The notes under the pieces are model-generated. The model did not search any database, had not been told where the DNA came from, and worked only from the letters and a program-made list of their open reading frames with translations. Position numbers and translations under genes: made by a program. A DNA stretch of 64,000 nt from Phaeosaccion multiseriatum (Eukaryota; Protista; Ochrophyta, other classes): contig OZ218954.1 of assembly GCA_965112735.1 (NCBI GenBank), forward strand, positions 1,240,001-1,304,000, read 5' to 3'. Positions 13,278-24,187 of this stretch are shown piece by piece; position 1 is the stretch's first letter, and each line of letters begins with the position of its first letter.

Positions 13278-14877
13278 GGAGGGAGAGAGAGAGAGGGGAA
13301 GTGAGAAGAGCGAGAGACAGAAAGAGAGAAGAGAAGAGAAGAGAGAGAGAGCGTGAGAGAGAGAGAGAGAGAGAGAGAGAGGAGGGAAAGAGAGAAGAGT
13401 GAGAGAGGAGAAAGAGAGCAAGAGAGAGAGAAGAGGGAGAGAGAGGAAGAGAGAGAGAGGAGCGAGAGAGAGAAAGAGAGAGAGAAGAGAGAGAGAAGAG
13501 TGAGAGACAGAAAGACAGAGAACAGGGAGAGAAAGAGAGAGAAGGGGTTGGGGTGGTGTGTATGAGTGAAGCGAACAACACACATACATCCTCACACACA
13601 CGCTCTCCCTCCGTCTCTGTCTTCCTCTCCCTCTTTCCCTCTCTCCCTCTCCCTCTCTTACCCCCCCCTCTATCTCCCTCTGTCTCTCAACCCTCCCTCC
13701 CTCTCTCTGTCTCTGTGCATGAGTCCTACACCTATGCCTCTGCCTCGTACCCACCGTCGTGCGTGGGTCGTGCTGAGGTTCCTCCCCACTGCTGTCGCCC
13801 TTGAAACGGTCGGAGGCGCTGAAGGCGACGCTCCTTGCCTTTGGTTTGATGGCGTCTTGATTGCGGACATCGTATTGGCCTGGGCCTGGGGCTGCTCCCG
13901 CTGCCCGCAGCTCAATGTCCTTTTGCACGGGAAAGTAAGGTGGGGGGTGTGCGTGTGTGTGTGAGAGTGTGTGTGTGTGTGTGTGTGTGCGTGTGTGTGT
14001 GTGTGTGTGTGTGCGTGCGTGTGTGGGTGGGTGTTGAGAGGCGTGCTCATTGCCTCGCATGTTGTCATGGGCCGATTGCGGGGATGCCGGTCGGTCTGTC
14101 TTGTGCGTGACCAAAGCAAGAGTGAGCATCCCTTCATAGGCGTAGGTAGAGCTATGACGCACTAATGCACGCACGCACCTTGACGGAGTTGACGCTGGTC
14201 TTGCTGAACACAGGAGTGGCGTGGGTGGGCATCACGGCCTTGTCGGCACGGCTGATGGTGTACTGGCTACCTCCTTCGACGGCCTTTGTCGTCGTCCGGG
14301 GGGCGAAAGAGGTGAACATGCCGCTTTTAGGCGCCATAATGCCCCGTCCTTCGTCATCGATCGTCGTCAAGGTCACCGCTGCGGCCGCGACCCGCGTCGC
14401 TGCTGCCGCGGCTCTGGCTACGGATGCCCTACTTCTTCTGCTTTTCTTGTGCACCTCCCCACTCTGGCCCACCTCACCACTCTCCTCCTGCTTCCCCTGC
14501 ATCTGCTGCCTAAGGCGGCGCGCCACGTCGTCCGTGTCGATAGCTGGCGCGTAGGGGCATTCCCACTGCGCCTCGGATCGATTTCCCGTGATACCCTTTC
14601 TCAGCTGGACGCCACAATCATTTCGCACCTCTGGTCGTCTCCTCGTCTTCTCTGGGGCACCATTCTCCCTCTGCCCCAGACATCGCCTGCCCCCCCCCCC
14701 CTCTGCTCTTTGCTGCAGCTGCTTCTCTTGCTGCTGCCGCCGCCGCTGTGCCTGCTGCTGCTCCTGGCACTCATGCTCGTGCTGCTCCTCCTGGTACTTC
14801 TGCTGCTCTCGCTCCTTCCCATACGTCTGCTTCCACTTCCTCCAGTAGGCGACATCGTACACGCGCTGTCCCCCCAT
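8903..14877 (-). CDS. Protein with two PGPGxY (sperm-tail PG-rich/SHIPPO-like) repeats, about 3 ankyrin repeats, a coiled coil and a poly-E tail
   Basis: Phase-consistent exons 14877-14179, 13919-13755, 13146-12979, 12814-12749, 12554-12497, 12200-11994, 10933-10777, 10618-10574, 10343-10264, 10052-9910, 9637-8903. Motifs [50 protein letters not shown]. The link between the PG and ankyrin halves is less certain than either half. Confidence 0.7.
10948..11856 (+). repeat. Near-perfect (GGGA)n tetranucleotide array of about 900 bp in intron 10934-11993
   Basis: Directly visible, with one interruption (gggacgg) near 10964-10970. Confidence 0.97.
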
Positions 14878-15206
14878 CGCTGGGGGTGTGTTACAGGGAA
14901 GGAGATCGGATCGAACAAACACAAGCCTTCCAAAATCGAGGAGGAAACCGTCAAAGTGTGTAGTGTCAGGACGCGCTTCCACCCCGGGTTTCTTAGCTGT
15001 TCAGTCAGCCCCCCGACTCAAATAACTTTGCAATTGCTCGATCTTCTCTCCCTCTGTGCTACACTTCGGTCCGCACCCCTCTTACTCGCACCACGGACTG
15101 AAGTAGACTGGTTTGGTCGTAGGAGCGTGAAGCCGGGTTTGGCTACTTTCTTGATCGGAGAGGAAGCTTTCTTCACAGAAGGGCATTCGAAAGAAAGTGT
15201 TGGATT

Positions 15207-15971
15207 ATGGCGCCCGCCGTGTCCGCGCTCACCATCCTGGGCTCCCTCCTCACAGCCAGCGCGTTCGCGCCCCCATTGGCGCCACTGCCGACATCTGGCG
15301 GCGTGTCTAGAAGCAGCAGCAGCAGCAGGAGCATCGGCAGTGTGCAGGAGGGGAGCGGGGGCCGAGCGGCATCTTGCTTGAAGTCCACCCCAAATGTGGA
15401 CCTGTCTGAGTTTGACGACGACGATGATGACGATGAATGGGGCGAGGACCGCTGGGACTTTGAGAACGACAGATGGAAGACCAATAGGGAGCTCCAGGTG
15501 GAGGATTCGAACCGCAAGGTGCAAGAGAAGCTGGCCAAGCGCGTGCAGGAGTTGGACAACATCCCTCCTGAGCCCTACCAGCTGGCCTGCTACGAGCTGG
15601 ACCCGGCCCTTGGCCTGCCTCACTATTGGAACTCGGAGGACTACAACGAGATGATGGGCCTCCCGCCTCCGAGCCACTACGACAAGAAGCAGGTGCTGAA
15701 GGACAGGAGGGCGGACGAGGATGCGCGTGCGCTGGCGGCGGTGTGGGAGATGCCTCCTTCGGCGGAGGAGAAGAGGAGGCTGAGGGCCAACCCCGTCGAC
15801 TGGTACGACATGCCTGAGGCGAAGAGGAAAAGATACATGGCCATGTCTCGCTCTGGGTCCGGTCAGCGCTACACCCTACCGCTCTTCGACCCTGCGCGCA
15901 CGGACTTGGGCCCTCTGTGGGAGGACAATGACGGTGTTGAGCCCGAGAGGAAGCTGAGTGGGTCGAAATGA
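15207..15971 (+). CDS. Single-exon plastid-targeted protein of unknown function (254 aa)
   Basis: Signal peptide MAPAVSALTILGSLLTASA followed by FAP (canonical heterokont ASAFAP), a Ser-rich transit peptide and a complex acidic mature region. Confidence 0.8.
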   Translation: MAPAVSALTILGSLLTASAFAPPLAPLPTSGGVSRSSSSSRSIGSVQEGSGGRAASCLKSTPNVDLSEFDDDDDDDEWGEDRWDFENDRWKTNRELQVEDSNRKVQEKLAKRVQELDNIPPEPYQLACYELDPALGLPHYWNSEDYNEMMGLPPPSHYDKKQVLKDRRADEDARALAAVWEMPPSAEEKRRLRANPVDWYDMPEAKRKRYMAMSRSGSGQRYTLPLFDPARTDLGPLWEDNDGVEPERKLSGSK

Positions 15972-17095
15972 GGGGGAGAGGGGGGGGGTTAATAAAGAAG
16001 GAGGGAGTGAAAGTGAGCGCCCGAGGGGAGGTAGTGGTGTTGCTTCAGAGTGGTGCGGGGGAAAACGGGAGAGGGGGGGGGGGGGGCATTACAACCTCTA
16101 CGCTGTCTGGGGGGTTGTGGCTGCCGTGTAATTACCTGTATTGAAATGATTCTACGAAGGGTGTGGTGTGGAGGGGCGAGCTCTCACCACCCTTTTTTTT
16201 GCTCGAGGGCGACTGGAGGATTAGGAGCGGGCCGTTTTGCGTTTTCGAAGGGAGGCAGCAACAGCAGCAGCAACAGCAGCAGCAACAGCATGGGCGAAGG
16301 GTCGAGGAGGGCGGCGTTTGTTCAGAGCCACGTACAAGACGGGCACTTGGGGAGGGGGGGGGTGGTGCTTTGATCGGTACCTGCGTTCGGCCCATCGCTG
16401 AGCAGCCTTTGGGTACGACGGAAACGCAGGACACCCGGGAAGGAAGGAAGGAAGGAAGGAAGGGAAGGAATGATGGAAGGGCATTATCTTAGTACCGTGT
16501 TGCGCAGAGGGAGCGAGCGAGCGAGTGAGGGAGATGGAGAGGGGGGTGACCCTGGCTAGGAAGAAGGACATTGAAGGCTCGCTTGCTGAAAGCGGGGGTG
16601 GGGTGGTGGTGAAAGACCACAACACGCGGACGCACTCGTAGTATGAATAATAAACGCACGTGTCCATACCACGCTTTGCCTTACTGTTGCGTCTCTGGTC
16701 CGTCAGTAGGAGCATGTTGAGGGAGGGAGGAGGGCCTGCCCAAGGGCCGAGAGAGGGCCTTCGATACCCTCCACTTTTTTTTTTTTGTTCACGTTTTTAT
16801 ACGTGTATAAGACCTCGACTAATGGTCGGGCTACCCGCTCGATAGGCTTATATTATGAGCTTATGTTGTGCCACGATGTACGTTGTTGTCACCAGCATCA
16901 TCACGTTCCCATGTTCGTGTGTTGGTTGTCCGTCGCCGCCAAACCAGAAACACCCCCCCCGGGGTGTCTGACCAATTTGGAAAAAAATCCCCACGCTTAC
17001 CAGCAACGCCAAAAAGACAAGGAGAGGAACAGGACCTCACTTGAGAACCTCGCGACACACGGAGGGAAGGACCTACTCGCCCCCTCTGCCGCATC

Positions 17096-18774
17096 ATGGC
17101 GCCGTCTTCTTTGGGCAACAGCTCCGGGAGGAGCAGGCGATCCTCGTCGCGCCCCCTTTCTTCTTCATCTTCGGCTTCTTCCGCCTCCGCGGCAGCGGCC
17201 TCCTCGCTGACGGCAGTACTCTTGTTCACAACAGTGCTTTCGACGTCGTGCAGGAGTGCGCTTGCTTTTTCTCCGCCTCTGTCTAGTGCAGTTTCCACGC
17301 AGCAGCGGCGAGGAGTGGGCAGTGCGGGTGCTTGCAGAGGCAGCTCTGGCGGTGTCCTCAGTAGCAGCTGTGGGAGGAAGAGAAGCAGCAGCAGGGGAAG
17401 TAGTAGCAGCAGCGTGGACAGGAGCACCAGACAGCTTGCAGTGCCCAAAACTCTTATCGGGTTGGACACCAGGCCTGAGGAGACGGTGCGGAACGAGGAT
17501 GACGAGGAGGACATTGACCTTAACCTGGAGCCGTTGCCTCAGAACGTTGACGCGAAGCCGGACCCGGACTATATTCCCCCACCCCCCATCGTTGGGCCTC
17601 GGCTGGAACCCAAGATTACGTGGAACGAGGCGTTGGAGTACGTCAAGGCCACTGGCGCTCCCCAGAAACAAAAGGACATTCTCTACGAGCCCCTCGAAGG
17701 CGAGGAGAAGGTTAAGACGCTGCCGCGGGTCCTACCCGGTGCGCGCACAGACTTTGAGGACGAGCCCCTCCGCCCTAGGAAGATAGACGAGGACCAGATC
17801 ATTATGGTTATGGAGGGGGAGCAGGAGGGGGGGGCAGAGGAGGGGGAGGCGGGAAAGGGGAAGAAATGGAAGCGCGTGCCCGCCACTCGCGTCAAGCAGC
17901 CGAGAAAGGTCCCGCTTGTCGATGCGGAGATTGGCAGTACCAAGGGCCCGTGGGTGAGGCCCCCTGATAGAACCGGTCTCCGCGACCTTCGCGACCCTCG
18001 CCCAGCCCCCAGCCCGGCCCCGCTGAAAGAGGGGGAGACGGAGGCGTGGTACCAGCCTGTGGAAGTGGAAGTGGAGGCGCCGGACGTGGCCGCTCTCAGG
18101 AAGGCAGTGGATGTCCCCAGTAAGGATGGCAACTGGCGACGACCGTCCAAGTCTGGAGGCGGATCTTCGAAGCGTAGCGGGCCCGGGCGCAATGGAGGGG
18201 GGGGAGGAGGAGGAGGAGGAGGACGGGGGACGTCCCGCTCGGGCTCCATCTCCGGCTCGCCCGGCTACGGCGGCAGGGGAACCACCACCAGCACAAGCAG
18301 TAGCAATCCATTGGGGATGGGGAGGGGGAATAGGGCCCCTTCTTACATCTCCCCTGGCACGCAGTGGGGCGGCGGGGGGAGGGAGGCGGGTGGTGGAGGT
18401 GGTTCCGCCACCCTCGACCGGGACGATGACCCCATGCTTGACCGGGATCAGGCGGCGCTAAGGGAGGCCATTGTGCAACGTACTCGTGAGGAGAAGATGC
18501 GCCGTGCGGCCGCCAGGGAAGCTGCTTCTCGCTCCGGAACCGGTGCTGGACGAGGTTCCACTGCCCCCCCTCCCCCCCCCTCCAGGGCCTCCTCGTCCAC
18601 CGGGGGCATGGGTCGGTCGTACGGAAAGGGCACATCTACCCTGTCCAGGGGCCCTGAGAAGCAGCGCCAGAGCCAGGGTGAGAGTAGTCAGGCGCCCTCT
18701 CGAGGGGACTGGACAGACATTGAGAGCAATCTTAAGGAGGGTTTGCGCAGGGGGGAGGGTGCCAGCATGGGGGG

Positions 18775-18809
<35 letters not shown>

Positions 18810-19476
18810 GTAGCGGCAGCGGCAGTGAGGAAGGAAACAGCGGACTCAATATGCTCTTCAGCGCCAGCGGAGGAGGTGGAGGGGAGGCCGTGGTGGACCG
18901 GGAGATGGAAGCTGCAAAGTTCACAGCTGGCTCACTCGTGGGCCTGTCTGTCTTCGGTACGTACTAACCGGAGGAAGGAAGGTCGGGGGGGGGGATACAG
19001 CAGGAAGAGGAGAGAGGAGGGGACGCAGATGGATGTCTGGGATGGTACAGCGCAGGGGTGGGCTGACGAGTGTGGGTGGGTGGGCGTGCATCTGCTTTGG
19101 CGTGGCATGTATTTTGTTCGATGGCTCGTGCTGTTTTAAACCCTTTAAGGCTTTGTGTGGTTCTTCATTCCAATCCTACGTACGCCTAACCTAAGCCTGC
19201 GTATCGCTACCTCCCTCCTTCTCCCCCCTGCCTCTCCCCTTCTCAGCTATGGTGGCAACGGCCGTGCTATTCTACACCGTCGGGCCGAGCTTTATCCATG
19301 GAGGCAGGGAGCGCGGTCGAGGAGGAGTCTCTCCTGCAGCAAGGTCCTTTGCGCAGCAAGTGACCGATGAGACCGGCAAGGTGCCTCCTGCCGTGGGGGC
19401 CTCGGGGGAGATTACGGACAGGTGAGGAGGAGGAGGAGGAGGAGGAGGAGGAGGAGGAGGAGGAGGAGGATGAGGA

Positions 19477-19507
<31 letters not shown>

Positions 19508-19887
19508 GAGGAGGAGAGATGGGGAGAGTGAGAACGTGGGGGGTGTTGAGAGGCTGGGAGATAGGTAGGTAGGCAAGGTGGGGGGAAGTGGGGAGGGGCT
19601 GGGGAACGGGGTGGATTGCGCCCCAGAGTCTGGCGTTGGTGTGGTCTTCTGCTTGTCATGTTCTTCCTTCTTCACGGACCCAACGTCTCTTCAATTGACT
19701 AACTTGCTTTCCGTTGCCGAACGGCCTTTTTCGCTCTTGTCCCATCTCTCACGGTCTCTCTCTCTCCTCTGTTTCCAATATGTCGGTCGCTATGTATCTC
19801 TCCCCTCTCGGTCTTTCTTCTCTTCGTCTCTCTCCTCTCTCCTCTCTTTATCTTGTCTCTCTCAGCTCTCTTTTCGAGGACTTTTAA
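17096..19887 (+). CDS. Putative plastid-targeted membrane protein of unknown function
   Basis: Exon 17096-18956 carries a hydrophobic signal ending SALA-FSP and a Ser/Arg-rich transit peptide. Exon 19247-19421 completes a TM helix (FTAGSLVGLSVFAMVATAVLFYTV). A probable last exon 19866-19887 gives SLFEDF*. Confidence 0.7.
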
Positions 19888-21250
19888 GTACGGGTGGACG
19901 GGCGCCAAGACACACCAACGCCCCGATGACACCACCCTGCGCACATGGCACATGGCACATGGCACATGGCACATGGGCATGGGAGAGCAGAGGTGGTTGT
20001 GTCCCTTGCTGTTCCTTTGTGCGTGCGCAAGGAAGGGAGGGAGAGAAGGTGTGGATGTAGAGCAGATGACGATGTCGCAGCAGCAGTTACAGAAGATGTC
20101 GATGATGTCGAGAGAATGTTTGGTTCGTTTCTTATTGGGGTGTTCGTGGGGGAGGATGAATGCGCCGGAGCGGAAACCGGGAGATGTAAGCAAGGGGGTT
20201 GGGAACACTTGCGCTGTAATAACGACTCAAGAGAGGGGGGGAGGGAGGCGGGAGGCTCGGGGGCTCAGGGGCTCAGGGGTGCAGCTGGTATATGAATGGA
20301 TCTTATGGCAAGCAACAGCGGTGGGGAAAGGAAAGGGGAAGGCAGGCAGGAAGAAGCCGAGAGTAGAGACAGGAAGAACTGAAACTGACAGAACTGAAAT
20401 GGGGATGAAAAGAGCCCTTCCTTCTTCCTCGCATGATGGCACACGGGGCAAGGAGGGAGGGATGGAGCCACAGAGGAAGGGGGAAATGAATGGTGATTGA
20501 GACATGGGGTATTGTGCATGGTGTGAACTTTCGCTGGTGATGGTTGGTGGGTTGGGTGATCTGGGCTGGAGGACTTGACATTAGTTCGGGGGTTTGGCCA
20601 CGGGGCCCTGTGACTTATCGAGTTTCGGCGCACGGAAGGGTGGGGGGGGGGGGGGGGTGAGTGGGCGCTGGCGCTGGGGTATTGGACATTCCGTCGGCAT
20701 CACAGATGTCGGACAAGCGAGGGTGGTTACGGTCGCCTCTTTTGTCTGTCTGTCTGTCTGATTCTTGGTGTACCTGGCCTGTTCGTCCTGGCACGGAGTG
20801 TGTAGATACAAGCAAGTTTGGGGCTGGGGATGGAAAGGGAGGAGTGTGGGACCTAATGGGGAGGAACCAGAGGGAAGGAGGGAGGGAGGAGTAGCAGCCT
20901 CGGCACGACCACTCAAGTGAGCTGCAGCGAGGGAGGGGGCTGACGGCTGAGGGGTGGAGTGCAGAGTGTTGATTGAAGAGAAAGAGAGAAGTGCTTTATT
21001 CCTCCACCTTTTCTTCTTTTCTTTCTTCCAGAATACTACTATAATAATAATAGTATACATCAAAGGACAAAGCAAAAAAAGAAGAGAGAAAAGGTCTCTC
21101 ACACCTCCTCGGGTTTTTGTCTTGTGCTTGTCGTATGCCCAGCGTTGAAGCGCACGCACCCACATGATATGCATGATATGACATGACCATCCTCTGTGTA
21201 TCCTGGAGGCAAGGACTACACACAGCAAGTGGAGAGTGGCACCTGACACC

Positions 21251-21310
21251 TACTATCACCTACTATCACCTACTATCACCTACTATCACCTACTATCACC
21301 TACTATCACC
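21251..21310 (+). repeat. Perfect decamer tandem repeat (TACTATCACC)x6
   Basis: Six identical units in intergenic DNA. Confidence 0.95.
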
Positions 21311-21783
21311 TACTGGATACACCACCCTCAGCGGTGGTCAAGTCGATCAAGTCGAGAATCAGTCTCCTCGAGTGGGCCTCCGGCCGTAGCTTTATCCCCC
21401 CCTGGCCTACTTACCCTCAATTTCTCGCCCCCCGTAAGGCAAAGGACTGTGCCCCTGCATTGGACTCAAAAGCCCCCCTATGCATTCACCCCCCTCCAAT
21501 ATGCTTTGCCGCCTGGGGAGCAATGCGACAATGCAAACGTCATGACAGGTGAGGGGTGAGGGGTGAGGGGTGAGGGGGGATCGAATATCGAGATCGAGAT
21601 CGGGAATGGAGAGGGTCAGAATTCATTACTATTAGGCAGCGCTGAGGGCGCTAACGCTTTGCCAGCTTCCCGGCTTCCTTGCGCAGTTATTATTATTAGC
21701 AGCAGCAGGGGGAGAGAAAGGTGTCAGTAGTACCCCCTGGTAGCAGTGGGTAGCAGGAGTAGTTAGGAGAAGGAGCACAGAGG

Positions 21784-23134
21784 ATGGAGTTGGAATCGAA
21801 GCTTCTGGCGGTTGGGCGGGAGGTAGAGGAGATCAAGGAGGCGCTTTGCGGGCGGGGAAGCTACCTTGGCCTGAGCCTGCAGGTGGTCAACCCGCTGAAG
21901 GATGTTAGCCCGTCGTCCCCCCCGGCGTCGGGCAAGTCCATGGGAAAGGACGAGCACGCAAGCACGAGGAAGGAGCTTCGTCAGCATCTCCATGCCCAGC
22001 AAGAGAAAGAGAGCATTCTTCTCCGTTTGCAGCTGGCCACGCTCAGCGCGAGGGCTGTGAGGGGTATGAGTCCGGAGGGGAAGCAACCCCAGCCTCAGCA
22101 GCAGCCTCGGCAGCAGGAGGAGGAGGATGAAGTGTTTAGCAACTTGCAGAGCGTGCCGAGTGTTACCAGCCTCAAGCTTAATGGGAGGAGGAGAAGCAGC
22201 ACCAGCTCCAACGTCATCGCCGTCGTCGACACACTCAGCCGAGACAAGGTGTTGGGGATTCAGGGCGTGCGGGGGTGCCTCCTGAGCTACGTGGGAGCCA
22301 ACAACTACGCCTTTGTGTCACGAGTATGCCAAGCGTGGCGAGACGCGTACATCGAGGCCTACCCTGCTAGAACCTCTTACAAGAGCGTTCTGGAGTCCAC
22401 TCAGCGCATGTATTGGGCCCGGTGCAACGGCATAGACTTCTTTCAGCCCAAGATCTTCCGAGCGGCAGTGCGGTTCTACGACCTGGAGGTGAGCCGAGAC
22501 GAGAGCCCTCGGAGGGGAAGAGGGGAAGAGGATGAATAAGAACCCCCCCCCCCGTTTCTTCCCCTCTTTAATTTCTTTGCTTACTCGCTCTCTCTCCCCC
22601 CCTTCTCTCTCTCTCTCGTAGACCTGCAAGATCGTGTACAACATGGGCTGTCCCTGGAACCACGGAACACACCTCGTGGCCGCGACAAGACCCAAGGGGG
22701 GGCTAGTCCTCCTCAAATGGCTTCGCAGCCTTACCCCCTGGGACGGCGAGCCCACCTGGGTAGAGCCTCAGACAGACAAGCAAAGGGATCACTTTGTCAC
22801 CTCGGCCGCGGCCTTTAGAGGAGACCTTGCGATGTTGAGGTTTCTGTGGGGGGAGGCGGCGGCACCAGAGAAGGCGGAGCGTTGGTCAGCGTCGGTGTGT
22901 GAGCAAGCCGTGGCTGGGGGGCATTTGAAGGTGCTTCAGTGGCTGAGGTCAGATGAGGTGAGATGTCCGTGGGATGCGTCGGCCTGCCCCGTGGAGCAGC
23001 GTGAGGAGTGGTTGCATCAGGCCGGGGCGGGGGAGGGTGGGGGGGAGGGGTTTCCGCTCAGTGATGCGCAGGTGAATACGATCAAGGACTGGGTGCACGC
23101 CAACGGCCATCCTTGCCGCTGCTCCACAGAGTGA
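21784..23134 (+). CDS. Ankyrin-like repeat protein of the 'CPW(D/N)' type
   Basis: Exons 21784-22488 and 22622-23134 (GT-AG, phase 0). An F-box-like segment FVSRVCQAWRDAY is followed by repeats MGCPWN, AAAFRGDLAMLRFL and CEQAVAGGHLKVLQWLRS..RCPWD. Confidence 0.8.
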
Positions 23135-23772
23135 TTGAATTGAGTGAGTGTGAGTGAGTGGGTGAGTCAGTGATTGAGTGAGTGAAAGGGTGGGTGGTGA
23201 GTCAGTGAGTGAGTGTGTGAGTGCGTGGTGAGTGAGTGAGTGAGTGAGTGAGTGAGTTTGTGGTAGGGAGCAGGAATATGGGGATATATGTGTGGAGGGA
23301 GGAGGGAAGGGATGAGTATTTTTGTATTTTTGAGGAAAAAGGCGGTAAGATCTACGGCAAGTGTGAACCATTGAAGAACCACCTCGCGAAGCAGTTAGCC
23401 CGAGGGCGACGATGGGTTCAGCGCGAAAAGAAAAGAAAAAAGTACACATCAACAAAAGCTGCAAGCAGTTCAACAGCCAAAGTATAAACTTCCTTGCTAC
23501 CAGCATACTGAGTGAGCGTCTTCCGCACTTTGCATGCGGCGGTGAAAAAGTGAAAACAGAGCAGCCCTGTTTATTGGGAACGGGACGGATCTTTCCCCAA
23601 GCCCTCTCTTTTCCTCCTCGCTCCCTCTCTCTTCTCTTTCTCTTCCCACCACCTGAGCCACCTTCTTCCCCGTCCCCCCATAACCCTTCGTCTCCCAGCC
23701 CCCTCCTCCTTCCTCCTCCTTTCCCTTTCCTTTCTTCCCCTTCTCACCACAGGCACCAGCAAAACAAACAGC

Positions 23773-24155
23773 ATGGACTTCATCTTGTCCACCCCCCTCG
23801 CCTCTTCCAGGCTCCAGAACCGCAGTAGCGGTGGTGTCACGATGGGCAGCAGCAACAAAAGGAGGAGCAGCATCGGAAGCCTCAGCAGCATTTCTTGTGC
23901 GAGCAGTGTCAGCAATAATACTACCCAGAAGACAAGGAAGAGGAGGAGCAGCACGGACAGCATCTGCAGCGCACGGACCGCCACTACGACGGGGATCACG
24001 AGCGGCTTCAGCAGCCGCAGAACCAGCACCAGCAGCAGCATCGGCGGCGACGACAAGGACGATAGCATAGAGCGCTTCCGGAGAGAGAACATCCTCAACC
24101 TGCAGAATGTTTCTGGCACGAGCAGCATCAGCAACGACAGCAACAATGGCAACAG

Positions 24156-24187
<32 letters not shown>

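Noticed and set aside
21251-21310. TATCACC matches the lambda operator half-site
   Set aside because: A 7-bp match with no phage context is treated as coincidence.
19900-21700. Possible small minus-strand gene (DIIDIFCNCCCDIVIC...)
   Set aside because: I could not build a consistent exon chain or recognise a domain.
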